A DNA stretch of 58,283 nucleotides, taken from Polyangiales bacterium (lineage in GTDB: Bacteria; Myxococcota_A; Polyangia; Polyangiales; Ga0077539). Position numbers and translations under genes: made by a program. Positions 21,719 through 31,148 of this stretch are shown one piece after another (positions within the stretch are counted from its first letter, which is position 1; each line of letters opens with the position of its first letter). The stretch is taken from positions 1 to 58,283 of the forward strand of contig JAXLYI010000006.1 in NCBI GenBank assembly GCA_046351555.1, read 5' to 3'. The notes below the pieces were generated by a model. That model was not told where the DNA came from and did not search any database. It saw nothing but the letters and a program-made list of their open reading frames with translations.

Positions 21719-21807
21719 AGGAGCGCGAGACGAAAGCGGTTCCCCCGCGGGGGCGCGGTCCGGTAGATTCGGGACGGCGCGCCTGCGCCGGCGAGGTCCC
21801 CGCGTCG

Positions 21808-22233
21808 ATGCTCACCTACCACCTCCACGAAGCCGACCTGCTCCTGCCCGACGGGGTCGTCGACAACACCGTCAACGCCTTCGTGCTCCCCGCGGAGGAC
21901 GGCGCGCCGCTCACCGTCGTCGTCACGCGCGACCCGAAGCCCGCCCGCGCCGACGCCTTCGGCTACGCCGACCACCTCCTCGTCGAGGCCGCGAAGCGCC
22001 TCCCCGGCTACGACCTCAAGGAGCGCGTCTCCGTCGTCGTCAGCCAGCAGCAGACCATCGAGGCCCGCTTCGCCTGGCGCACCCCCGAGGGCGCCGCCGT
22101 CGAGCAGCGCCAGGCCTTCGTCTTCCACCGCGGCGCCGCGATCATCTTCACCATGACCACGCGCGCCAACGACATGGACCGCGCCACCCCCCGCTGGCGC
22201 CAGGTGCTCGACTCCGTGCGCCTCCGCGCCTGA
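21808..22233 (+). CDS. DUF1795-like Eag-type T6SS effector chaperone
   Basis: 141-aa protein immediately upstream of a prePAAR effector. Size and position match EagR/EagT chaperones. Assigned by context and weak sequence recollection. Confidence 0.55.
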   Translation: MLTYHLHEADLLLPDGVVDNTVNAFVLPAEDGAPLTVVVTRDPKPARADAFGYADHLLVEAAKRLPGYDLKERVSVVVSQQQTIEARFAWRTPEGAAVEQRQAFVFHRGAAIIFTMTTRANDMDRATPRWRQVLDSVRLRA

Positions 22234-22253
22234 CCCACCCGCGAGGCGCGACG

Positions 22254-23516
22254 ATGGCCGAGGAGGAAGCCGCACGGTTCACCGACCCGATCACCCACGG
22301 GCTCGGCATGCTCGGGATGGTGGCCGGCGCCATCGCGGGCGCGGTGGTCGGCGCGGCCCTCATCGCCGGCGCGGTCGCCACCGGCGGCACGCTGCTCATC
22401 GCGATGTCGGTGTGCGCGGCGGGCGCCAGCGTCGCGGGCGGCGGCCTCGCGGGGGGCCAGCTCGCGCGCGGCATCGCGGCCGTGGCCAACCTCTCCCCCA
22501 CCACCGGCGCGCTCGGCTCGGGCTCGTGGGACACCTACGCCGTCGACCTCCGCAGCGCGCGCACCGTCGTCGACTTCGCCGCCGCGTGCCACGGGCTCTA
22601 CGGCGTCAACCACTTCCCGCTCACCCTGGTGCCCATCGCCGAGGGCTCGGCCACCGTCTTCATCAACGACCAGCACGCCTCGCGCGTGAAGGACAAGCTG
22701 GTGTGCGGCGCCGCCATCAAGGACGGCGCCGACACCGTGATCATCGGCGGCGACACCAAGCGCGTGCTCCCGGTGTACGACGCCGAGGCCGCGCTCGAGG
22801 AGGCGCTCAACGTCCTGCTGATGGGCTCGCTCGCGGGGATGTTCGTGCTGTCGTTCCCGCTGGGGATGACGGCGGAGCTGATCGCGGGCGTCGCGGTCTT
22901 CGCGGGCCTCAACGAGGGCGTCGGGTGGCTCGGCGACCAGATCGGCCCGGGCTGGCGCGACGTCTTCCAAGGCACCCTCGGCCTCGCCGCGCTCGGCGTC
23001 ACGGGGCGCACGGCCTTCCGCGAGCTCGCCAAGCCCAGGCCCTTCGAGCTCATCGAGACCTCGCAGGGCCCGCTCATCAACGGCCGCCCCGTGGAGCCCC
23101 CGAGCACCGCCGCCGCCGAGCGCAACTACCGCCCGCAGTCCGAGTGGGACACCGCGTACAAGAAGGTCAACCGCCGCGGCAACCTCGACTGGGACTGGCC
23201 GCCCGACCAGGGCTTCAAGGGCGGCGTCCCCCCCGAGCAGCCGCTGAAGCCCGGCACCCTCTTCGACCGCTACGGCGAGCCCAACGGAACCTTCGTCTCG
23301 CCCTACGGGACGCCCTTCGAAGCGCGCGCCCTCGCGCCCGACACCGTGGGCAAGCCCTACCGCGTCTACGAGGTCGTGAAGGAGATCCCCGCCCGCAGCG
23401 GCGAGATCGCGCCCGCCTTCGACCAGCCCGGCGGCGGCATCCAGCACAAGCTCGGGCAGACCGTCGAGGCCCTCGAAGCCGGGGGCTACGTCCGGCAGAT
23501 CTGGCCGCCGCCCTGA
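22254..23516 (+). CDS. T6SS prePAAR/PAAR effector with a C-terminal TNT (tuberculosis necrotizing toxin-like) NAD+ glycohydrolase domain
   Basis: prePAAR motif AARFTDPITH (AARxxDxxxH). Two Gly/Ala-rich TM regions flank a PAAR domain (TVFINDQHASRVKDKLVCGAA). C-terminal TNT signature PYRVYEV...GEIAPAFDQPGGGIQHKL. Confidence 0.8.
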   Translation: MAEEEAARFTDPITHGLGMLGMVAGAIAGAVVGAALIAGAVATGGTLLIAMSVCAAGASVAGGGLAGGQLARGIAAVANLSPTTGALGSGSWDTYAVDLRSARTVVDFAAACHGLYGVNHFPLTLVPIAEGSATVFINDQHASRVKDKLVCGAAIKDGADTVIIGGDTKRVLPVYDAEAALEEALNVLLMGSLAGMFVLSFPLGMTAELIAGVAVFAGLNEGVGWLGDQIGPGWRDVFQGTLGLAALGVTGRTAFRELAKPRPFELIETSQGPLINGRPVEPPSTAAAERNYRPQSEWDTAYKKVNRRGNLDWDWPPDQGFKGGVPPEQPLKPGTLFDRYGEPNGTFVSPYGTPFEARALAPDTVGKPYRVYEVVKEIPARSGEIAPAFDQPGGGIQHKLGQTVEALEAGGYVRQIWPPP

Positions 23517-23520
23517 CCGC

Positions 23521-23931
23521 TCAATGCGAGGGCGGGAGCCGCGCGCCGAAGGGCGGCAGCGGGCCCTCCGCGGCGACGTGGCGGCGCCACCAGAACTTCA
23601 CCAGCGCGATCCACGCGGACTCGAAGCGCCGCAGCACGCAGTAGCGCACGGCCTCCTCGCGGGTGGCGAAGCGCCCGACGAGCTCCTCCTCGCCGCGCTC
23701 GGCGCGGTGAACCGCCCACTGCGCCCCATCGGGGTCGACGAAGAGGTTGGGCACGGGCTCGCCGACGTCGCCGCGCGCCAGCACCGCCGCCACGCCGTCG
23801 CCGGGCGTCACGGAGACGAAGTCGTCGTAGTGCCGGTCGGCGAGCGAGACGCCCGGCGGGAGCTGCGCCCGCGCCCACGCCTCCGCGTCGCCTTCGAGGA
23901 TCACCCGGAGCTGCTCTTCCGCGCGCTGCAT
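23521..23931 (-). CDS. Hypothetical 137-aa protein (convergent with the TNT effector; candidate immunity protein or last gene of the TPR operon)
   Basis: Clean ORF starting MQRAEEQLRVILEGD. Its stop lies 4 nt from the effector gene stop. Co-oriented with the giant TPR gene 57 nt upstream. Confidence 0.45.
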   Translation of the reverse strand: MQRAEEQLRVILEGDAEAWARAQLPPGVSLADRHYDDFVSVTPGDGVAAVLARGDVGEPVPNLFVDPDGAQWAVHRAERGEEELVGRFATREEAVRYCVLRRFESAWIALVKFWWRRHVAAEGPLPPFGARLPPSH

Positions 23932-23987
23932 CGGGCGGTAGCTTCGCGTCCCGCGCGCGCCGCTGTCAACGACGCGCGATGCCTCCG

Positions 23988-26900
23988 TCAGAGCGCCCCA
24001 CGCGCCGCGTCGCGCACGGCTGCGTCGACGTCCTCGCGGGCCGCCCGCTCCAGCGCCGCCCGCACCGCCGGGTCGCCCGCCCGCCCCGCGAGCGAGCGCG
24101 CCGCCGCCGCCCGCACGAGCGAGAGCCTGTCGGTCGCGAGCGCGCGGGTGAGCGCCTCCACCGCGTCGTTGCCGCCGCCGTGGGCGAGGGCCTGCGCCGC
24201 ACGGAGCCGCGCCTCCCAGGGGGCCTCCGCGTCGAGGTGGCGCGCGACGCTCGCGGGGGCGTCGCCGTCGCCGCGCGAGGCCAGGGCCGCGAGCGCGTCC
24301 TCCGCGACGGAGGGGTCGTCGTCGCCCGCCGCGCGCGCCAGGGCCGCGGCCGCCTCGGGCGCGTCGCTCGCCGCGAGCACCGCCAGCGCGCGCCGCCGCA
24401 CGGCCACATCCGTGTGGGTCACCAGCCCCGCCAGCGACGGCGCCAGCGAACGAACCAGCGCGCGGGCCGCGGCCTCGCCCTCGGCGGACACCGCCGGCGC
24501 GTCCCCCGTGAGCGGGCCGAAGCGACCGGGGACCGCGAGCGCGTCGAGCACCCGGTCGACGCCCGCGGGCGACGCGAGCGCGGCGCGGGCGGCCTCGGCG
24601 ACGCGCGGCCCGTAACGCACCAGCGCGGCCTCGCCCCCGGCCAGCGGGCCCGGCGGCGCGATCACGCGGGCGAGCATCACGCCCGCCGACGCGGCGGCCT
24701 CGGGGTCGTCGAGCGCGCCCGGGCCCGACGTCTCGTCGCCCGACGCGAAGGCCGCGAGCCCGTGCGCGGCGACGCGTCGGAGCGGGAGGTCGCCGCCCAC
24801 CTGGCGCACGACCATCGGCGAGAAGAGCCCCGCCGCGAGGTCGTCGACGGCGCGATCGCGCAGGGCCGCGGGCACGCGTCCGAGCGCCGCGAGCGCCGCC
24901 GCGCGCGACCACTCGCCGTCGAGCAGCGACGCGCGGAAGCGGGTGACGAGCGCGGCGTCGGCGGTGGGGGCGAGCGCGAGCATCGCCGCGGTGGGGAGCC
25001 AGAGGTCGTTGCGCGCGTCGAGCGCGGACCGCAGCGCGGCGCGGGCGGCGGGGGCGCGGGCGCCGGTGAGCGCGAGCGCGGCCATCGCGGCGACCTCGGG
25101 CTGCGTGCGCTGGGCGACGAGGGCCGTGAGCGCGGCGGGCGAGGCGGGGGCGCGGGCGCGTCCGACGCCCCAGGCGGCGATCGTCGCGAGCGTCGGGTCG
25201 GTGCCGCGGGCGAGCGCGACGAGCCGCGGGAGCGCGCGCCCGTCGGCCACCGCGGCGGCGGCGCGGAGCGCGTCGATGCGGACCTCGTGGGGGGCGGTCC
25301 CCTCGGCGACGGTGAGGAGGGCCGCGGCCGCGTTGGGGTTGCCGAGGTACCCGAGGATCTCCAGCGACACGCGCCGCCGGGCCTCGTCGTTGTCGGCGAG
25401 GGTGTCGAGCAGGGGCTTGAGCGCGCGGGCCCCCATGCGGGTGAGCTCGGCGCGGGCGCGCGCGCGGGCCTCGGCGTCGCCGTGGCGGAGCGCGTGGACG
25501 AGCGGGCGGCACGTGGCGGCGTAGAGGTCGACGAGCAGGCGGCGGAGCACCACGCGGGCGGGCGACGCGGCGGAGGCGGCGGAGAGGTCGCGCTCGAGGT
25601 CGGGGAGGGCGCCGGCGGCGGGCGCGATCTGGATGGCGAGACGTCCCGCGCGGGCGACGAGCTCGTCGTCGGGCGCGAGGCGGATCACCCGGCGGAAGAG
25701 CTCGACGGCCTCGCGCGACTCGTCGCGCGCGAGGTCGAGGTCGGCGAGCTGGAAGTACGTCGGGAAGAGCCGGTCGTTGAGCGCCAGCGCCCGGCGGAAC
25801 GACGCCGCCGCCTGCCCCGCGTCGTTGCGCGCCCGGTAGAGCTCGCCGAGGCGCAGGTGCCCGTTGGCGTCGTCGGGGTTGAGCTCCACCGCGCGGGCGG
25901 CGCTCTCCAGGGCCTCGGCGTCGCGGTGGAGCGCGAGCGCGTGGGCCGCGAGCCGCTGGTGCCACTCGCGCGCGTGCCGGGGGTCGGCCTCGACCAGCCG
26001 CCGCAGCACGTCGATCGCGCCCGCGAGGTCGCCGCGCTGCGTGCGCATCCGCTCGAGCACCGAGAGCGTGGTGACGTCGCCGGGCTCGGCCTCGACCAAT
26101 CGCACGAGCACGCGCTCGGCGTCGTCGAGCCGGCGCGTGCGGGCGTAGGCCTCGGCGAGGTCGCGGCCGGCTTCGAGGTCGGGCGGCGTGGCGGAGAACG
26201 CACGCTCCAGGGCGGGGATGCGCTCGGCGAGGCGGTCGGTGAGGTTCCAGAGGTTGACGATGCGGGCGCGGGCCTCGCGGCGGAGCTCGCGGTCGTCGCG
26301 GGAGAGCTCGATGACGCGGCGCCACGCGGCGATGGCGGGGTCGAACATCCGCAGCGCCTCGGCCACCACCGCGAGCCCCTTGTGGTACTCGAGCTCGTCG
26401 GGGCGCGCGTCGATCGCCTCGCGGTAGAGCGCCATCGCCTGCGGGCCCATGTCGTGGCGCGCGTACACCTCGGCGAGGGCCGCGGCGCCGCGGGCCCGGT
26501 CGCGCGCCCGCTCGCGGATGCGGGCCCACGTGGCGAGGGCGCGGTCGCGGTCGCCGGCCTCCATCTGCCGCTCGCCGAGGGCCTCCAATGCGGCCGGGTC
26601 GGAGGGGTCGTAGCGCGCGACGAGCTCGGTCTCACGGAGCGCGGCGGCCTGCTCACCCAACCGGGCGTACGCCTGGGCGAGGCGCTCGTGCATGTCGACG
26701 TCGGCGCCGGCCCGCGCGCTGGCCTGCGCGAGCGCGGCGAGGGCCTCGGCGCGGCGGCCGGCGCGCACGAGGTCGTCGGCGAGGTCGGTGACGTAGGTCG
26801 GGTTGCGCGGCGCGGCGGCGGCGAGACGTCTCCGCGCGGCGACGAGCTCTTCGAAGCGGGCGCTCTGCGCGAGGAGCTGGACGAGCTGGACGAGCGCGTC

Positions 26901-28073
26901 GACGTCCCCGGGGCGCAGCGCGGCGGCGCGGCGGTAGGCGGCGACGGCCTGGTCGGCGCGGCCCTGCTCGGCGTGGAGGCGGCCGAGGAGCATCTGGCGC
27001 TCCCAGCTCCCCGCACCCTGGCGCGCGAGCTCCTGGATCCATCCGTCGAGGTCGCGGCGGCGCGTGTGGAGCTCGGTGAGGTCGTCGAGGAGCTCGCGGC
27101 GCACGCCCGTCCCCGCGCCCGCGAGGGCGAGCGCGCGGCGGAAGGTGGCGAGCGCCTCGTCGAGCTGGTTGGCCTGCATCTGCGCGCGGCCGAGGTCGCG
27201 TAGCACCGGCGGCAGCACCCGGTTGTCCCCCGCCAGCGCCCGCGTCAGCGCCTGGAACTCCCCGATCGCCTCCGCATACAACCGCCGCGCGACGAGGGCG
27301 TCGGCGAGCTCGCGGCGCACCGAGGCGCTCGCGGGCGACGCGGCGACGAGGCGCTGGTGCCACGACCGCGCGCGGGCGACGTCGCCCGAGGCGAGCGAGA
27401 GGTCGACGAGCGCGCGCAGGACGTCGCCGCGGCGGTCGGCGCGGAGCCCGAGGCCGAGGGCGCGCTCGTAGGCGGCGAGGGCGTCGGGGGCGCGGCCCAT
27501 CTGGCGGAGCGTGTCGGCGAGGGCGAGCTGCGGGGCGGGCGCGTTGGGCGCGGCGGCGGCGGCGCGCTGGTAGCGGGCGACGGCCTCGTCGAGGCGCCCG
27601 TTCTGCCGCTGGACGTGCCCGAGGAGGAGGAGCGCCCCGACCGCGTCGGCGCCCGGCGCGGCGGCGCGGCGCTCGAGGTCGGCGGTGAGGGCGTCGAGGT
27701 TGCCGTCGCGCTCGCGAACGAGTCGGAGCAGCGTGGGGAGGGCGACGGCGTTCTCGTCGTCGCCGCGGAGGAGCACCGCGAGGAGGTGCTCGATCATGCG
27801 GCGGTTGCGGTCGGTGTCGCTCGCGGGCGCGGCGGTCGGCGGGGCGCTCGGGGGCGGCGGCGCGGGCTGCGCGGTGGGCGCGGGGCGCGTCGGGCGCACG
27901 GGGGATGGGCGTACGGGACCGGGGCGCACAGGGCCGGGGCGTGCGGGGCGCGACGGGCGGGCCGGGCGCGAAGGGCGGGCGGGGCCGACGTCCCAGTCCT
28001 GCGCGGCGGCCGGCGGGGCGGCGAGCGCGAGGGCGACGAGCGCGAGGGCCGTGGGGAGCGGGCGTCGGGTCAT
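23988..28073 (-). CDS. Secreted giant TPR/HEAT-repeat protein
   Basis: Signal peptide MTRRPLPTALALVALALAAPPAAAQ. A Pro-rich region, then more than 25 TPR-like repeats and C-terminal HEAT/PBS-lyase-like repeats (VRRRALAVLAASDAPEA...). 1362 aa. Confidence 0.75.
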   Translation of the reverse strand: MTRRPLPTALALVALALAAPPAAAQDWDVGPARPSRPARPSRPARPGPVRPGPVRPSPVRPTRPAPTAQPAPPPPSAPPTAAPASDTDRNRRMIEHLLAVLLRGDDENAVALPTLLRLVRERDGNLDALTADLERRAAAPGADAVGALLLLGHVQRQNGRLDEAVARYQRAAAAAPNAPAPQLALADTLRQMGRAPDALAAYERALGLGLRADRRGDVLRALVDLSLASGDVARARSWHQRLVAASPASASVRRELADALVARRLYAEAIGEFQALTRALAGDNRVLPPVLRDLGRAQMQANQLDEALATFRRALALAGAGTGVRRELLDDLTELHTRRRDLDGWIQELARQGAGSWERQMLLGRLHAEQGRADQAVAAYRRAAALRPGDVDALVQLVQLLAQSARFEELVAARRRLAAAAPRNPTYVTDLADDLVRAGRRAEALAALAQASARAGADVDMHERLAQAYARLGEQAAALRETELVARYDPSDPAALEALGERQMEAGDRDRALATWARIRERARDRARGAAALAEVYARHDMGPQAMALYREAIDARPDELEYHKGLAVVAEALRMFDPAIAAWRRVIELSRDDRELRREARARIVNLWNLTDRLAERIPALERAFSATPPDLEAGRDLAEAYARTRRLDDAERVLVRLVEAEPGDVTTLSVLERMRTQRGDLAGAIDVLRRLVEADPRHAREWHQRLAAHALALHRDAEALESAARAVELNPDDANGHLRLGELYRARNDAGQAAASFRRALALNDRLFPTYFQLADLDLARDESREAVELFRRVIRLAPDDELVARAGRLAIQIAPAAGALPDLERDLSAASAASPARVVLRRLLVDLYAATCRPLVHALRHGDAEARARARAELTRMGARALKPLLDTLADNDEARRRVSLEILGYLGNPNAAAALLTVAEGTAPHEVRIDALRAAAAVADGRALPRLVALARGTDPTLATIAAWGVGRARAPASPAALTALVAQRTQPEVAAMAALALTGARAPAARAALRSALDARNDLWLPTAAMLALAPTADAALVTRFRASLLDGEWSRAAALAALGRVPAALRDRAVDDLAAGLFSPMVVRQVGGDLPLRRVAAHGLAAFASGDETSGPGALDDPEAAASAGVMLARVIAPPGPLAGGEAALVRYGPRVAEAARAALASPAGVDRVLDALAVPGRFGPLTGDAPAVSAEGEAAARALVRSLAPSLAGLVTHTDVAVRRRALAVLAASDAPEAAAALARAAGDDDPSVAEDALAALASRGDGDAPASVARHLDAEAPWEARLRAAQALAHGGGNDAVEALTRALATDRLSLVRAAAARSLAGRAGDPAVRAALERAAREDVDAAVRDAARGAL

Positions 28074-28346
28074 CGTTCGCCGCGGAGGATAGCCTACGGC
28101 GGAGGTGCGGGGCGAACCCGTGGGACGTGTCGTTGGTTTCACGCCGGCCTTGAAAACCCGTCGGGCGCCGTCGCCCGGGGAGAGCCTCGGCCACGATGCC
28201 GGAGCACGTCGGGCGAACCCTGGCGACGGCTTCCCGCACGAACGATCCCTCCGTCGGGATCACGTCGGCGGAATCGGACGAGTCGCCCTCAACCACCCAC
28301 GGCTTCGCGCGATCCGCCGGTGTTTCGCCGCACCGTCGCCTTCGCG

Positions 28347-28431
28347 ACCGCCGGGGACGCGGGACGTCGCCGACGTCTCGCCCTCGCGGCCGCCGGGGAC
28401 GCGGGACGTCGCCGACGTCTCGCCTTCGCCC
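28347..28431. repeat. Two direct tandem copies of a ~42-nt unit in the intergenic region upstream of the TPR gene
   Basis: Reads GACCGCCGGGGACGCGGGACGTCGCCGACGTCTCGCC(C/T)TCGC twice in succession. Confidence 0.6.
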
Positions 28432-28534
28432 GGCGCGATGTCCGCGGTTCGGAACAGGCGCTTCGACCGCCCTGCCCCAGCCCGGCGCGCCCACGGGCTA
28501 CGCGGTGTCGCGACGCCCGCGGCGCACGACCGCA

Positions 28535-29422
28535 TCAGGGCCACAGCGGCGCGATCGCCGACGGGAGGGGCGTGTCGTGGTCGGGGTACGCGTCGCAGCC
28601 GCGGAGGTCTCGGCGCCTCTCTCCCCACGGGCAGGCCGCCGCTCCCACGAAATCGTCTCCCCAGCCGAAGGCGCTCTCTTCGAACCGACGGCACAGCGCC
28701 TCGACGCGGAGCTCGGTCGGACCCGCGCCAGGCAGCCCGTCGAGCAACGGCCCTAGATCGTCGACGGGGTTCTCCGGCGAAGGTCCCGCGTACAGCCAGC
28801 GGAGCGCCCGATGAAGGGACTCGAACAGGTACTGGCCGTGGTCGACGCCCGCGACGTCGCAGCGCGCCACCGAATCGCGGATGAATTCGTCGATCCTCCG
28901 GCGGAGCGCGCGGACGCACCCCACGACCACGGCAGGTGGAAGCGCGGGCGGCGACGGGCGCGACAGCAGGTCGGATGGGCGCAACGCACCGACCACGCGG
29001 ACGTGAACACCCGTACCGGCCGAGCGCACGCCCGGGTCTTGATAGAGCTCGATGCGCGTCGGGAGCGCGTCCGCGCGGAACATCGTGCGCGCGAGGACGC
29101 GCTCGGTCGGCAGCGCGGGGCCCGACGGGAAGCAAGGGTGCGCCACCTCCAGATGAACTTGGAGATGGCGCTCGCCTGAACCGCCCGGCGCTCGCAGCAT
29201 GACGTAGGCCGGCAGCGGGGCCCGGCGTTCGGCGTCATCGAAGACGAACGTGGGGCCGCCGTCGACCGTCACGATCATGCGCCGCAGGCGGAGCGGCGGC
29301 TCCAGGTGGCTCACCAGCGGCACGGCGTCGGGCGGCAGCGGCCTGCGCAGCGTCTCCTGCGGCTGCGCGACGCACGCGGCGAGCGCGATCCCGGCGGCCA
29401 AAGCGTGGCGCGCGGCCCTCAT
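28535..29422 (-). CDS. Hypothetical lipoprotein
   Basis: Signal peptide/lipobox MRAARHALAAGIALAAC and several Cys residues. No recognisable domain. Confidence 0.5.
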   Translation of the reverse strand: MRAARHALAAGIALAACVAQPQETLRRPLPPDAVPLVSHLEPPLRLRRMIVTVDGGPTFVFDDAERRAPLPAYVMLRAPGGSGERHLQVHLEVAHPCFPSGPALPTERVLARTMFRADALPTRIELYQDPGVRSAGTGVHVRVVGALRPSDLLSRPSPPALPPAVVVGCVRALRRRIDEFIRDSVARCDVAGVDHGQYLFESLHRALRWLYAGPSPENPVDDLGPLLDGLPGAGPTELRVEALCRRFEESAFGWGDDFVGAAACPWGERRRDLRGCDAYPDHDTPLPSAIAPLWP

Positions 29423-29531
29423 GAAGCGCGAGGCTACCACCACGCGGACGGGCTCCCCACCAGACACGGCCCCGACGGGAGGCGGTGGGTGGGATGGACA
29501 GGCGCGCCGCGGCGGCGGTAGAACCGCGTCG

Positions 29532-29948
29532 ATGTCCGCCCGCGACCGTGACCACGAAGCCGTGCGGGACGCGCTCGTCGCGGACGGGTGGACCATCACC
29601 GGCGACCCGCTCCACCTGCGGTACGCGGGGGACGACCTCTACGTCGACCTCGCCGCCGAGCGCTTGATCGCCGCGGAGAAGGGCACGCGCCGCATCGCGG
29701 TCGAGATCAAGAGCTTCAACGGCCCGTCGGAGCTCACCGACCTGCACGCCGCCGTGGGCCAGTTCGTGGTCTACCGCGAGGTGCTCGCGGAGGTCGACCC
29801 CGAGCGGGAGCTGTACCTGGCGGTTTCGGAGGACGTCCGCTCTGAGGTCTTCGAAGCCGGCGTCGCGCGGCTCGTGCTCACGCGACAGGTGCACCGCCTC
29901 GTCTCCTACGACCCCACACGAAAGGTGATCGTCCGATGGATCCCGTAG
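29532..29948 (+). CDS. xisH: XisH-family protein (fdxN-element excision controlling factor-like, endonuclease fold)
   Basis: Conserved XisH block DGWTITGDPLHLRYAGDDLYVDLAAERLIAAEKGTRRIAVEIKSF. Confidence 0.8.
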   Translation: MSARDRDHEAVRDALVADGWTITGDPLHLRYAGDDLYVDLAAERLIAAEKGTRRIAVEIKSFNGPSELTDLHAAVGQFVVYREVLAEVDPERELYLAVSEDVRSEVFEAGVARLVLTRQVHRLVSYDPTRKVIVRWIP

Positions 29949-30271
29949 AGGGCTACCGGGAAGCGCTGATGCGGGTGCTCCGCGCGTGGGAGCGGCGCCC
30001 GGGGCCGGAGTCCGCGCTTCGCTTCGAAGCCGTCTTCGACCGCGAGCGCGACCGCTACCTGCTGGTGGTGGTGGGCTGGGACGGTCGCCACCACGTCCAC
30101 GCCACGCTCGCGCACGTCGACGTCGTCGACGGCAAGCTGTGGATCCAGCACGACCAGACCGAGTCGGGCGTCGCCCCCGACCTCGTCGACGCGGGCGTCC
30201 CCCGCGACCGGATCGTCCTCGCGTTCAAGTCCCCGGCCCGGCGCGCGCTCACGGGCTACGCGGTGTCGTGA
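29936..30271 (+). CDS. xisI: XisI-family protein
   Basis: 111-aa ORF overlapping the xisH 3' end by 13 nt. XisI-like motifs YLLVVVGWDGRHHVHATLAHVDVVDGKLWIQHD. Confidence 0.75.
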   Translation: MDPVEGYREALMRVLRAWERRPGPESALRFEAVFDRERDRYLLVVVGWDGRHHVHATLAHVDVVDGKLWIQHDQTESGVAPDLVDAGVPRDRIVLAFKSPARRALTGYAVS

Positions 30272-30349
30272 CGCCCGCGGCGCGCGAGCGCGTCAGGGTG
30301 AGGTTCGCCCGGAACTCATTGCTCGACGACATCGCGGTCAAGGCGCCGC

Positions 30350-31021
30350 TCACGTCGCCGCGATCTCGCCCCGCGCGACGATGGCGCGCATCACCGCCAC
30401 GATCGCGAGCGACTCGTGGCGCACCGCGTACTCCCGCGACGGCGCGACCTCCATCGAGAGGCCGCCCGCGGCGTCCATCGTGAGAGCGCCGCGAAGGAAG
30501 GTCCACTTGTCGGTGACGACGAAGGCGCCGAACACCTCGCGCGCCACCGCGCCCCCTCCGAGCCGCGTCATCCCCGCCGCCAGCATCGCGCCGACCACCT
30601 GCGGCAGCGGGTCGCTGGCGTCGATCCCGCGCTTCGCCTCGACCACGAGGAAGTACGGGGCGCTCGGCTGCCCCAGGTCGTCACGCGCGAAGGCGCCGTC
30701 GATCACGCCCGCGATGGTGAGGTCTTGCGTCGGGTGCCGCGCGCTGACGGTCACCTGCGACCACGCGACCACGTCGTCGCGCTCGGCGAGCTCCATCAAG
30801 GGGTAGATCACGCGCGACCAGAGCGTCGCCTCGTTGGCGCGGGCGGTGTTGAAGCGCCGCGCGCGCGCGAGCAGTGCGTCCACGCCCTGGAGCACCTCGG
30901 GCGAGGACGCCGCGCACTCCCACGCGGCCCACGGGTCGTCGCCGACGGGCAGCACCCGCAGCGCCCCCACGTGCGTGGCGATCGTCATCATGTCGAGCGT
31001 CGAGAGCTCGAGCGCAACCAT
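30350..31021 (-). CDS. HsdR_N-like PD-(D/E)xK restriction-endonuclease-fold protein
   Basis: Motif LTIAGVIDGAF...PYFLVVEAKRG matches the (P)D...(E)xK core of type I HsdR N-terminal-like nucleases. 223 aa. Convergent with xisI. Confidence 0.5.
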   Translation of the reverse strand: MVALELSTLDMMTIATHVGALRVLPVGDDPWAAWECAASSPEVLQGVDALLARARRFNTARANEATLWSRVIYPLMELAERDDVVAWSQVTVSARHPTQDLTIAGVIDGAFARDDLGQPSAPYFLVVEAKRGIDASDPLPQVVGAMLAAGMTRLGGGAVAREVFGAFVVTDKWTFLRGALTMDAAGGLSMEVAPSREYAVRHESLAIVAVMRAIVARGEIAAT

Positions 31022-31148
31022 CGACCGGGGACTCTACCACCGCCCCCGCGAGCGCCCGCCTTCATCCCCCGCCCGCGCCGCGGCCGACCGCATCGACGCC
31101 GCGCTCTGGCAGGCCGTGCCGCGCGCGGGCTGACGGTCACCGCGGCGC

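Noticed and set aside
23521-26529. 1002-aa minus-strand ORF across the TPR gene region
   Set aside because: It is mostly an alternative frame of the TPR/HEAT gene with R/P/G-rich nonsense. Only its last 137 codons (23521..23931) form a credible separate gene, which I annotated on its own.
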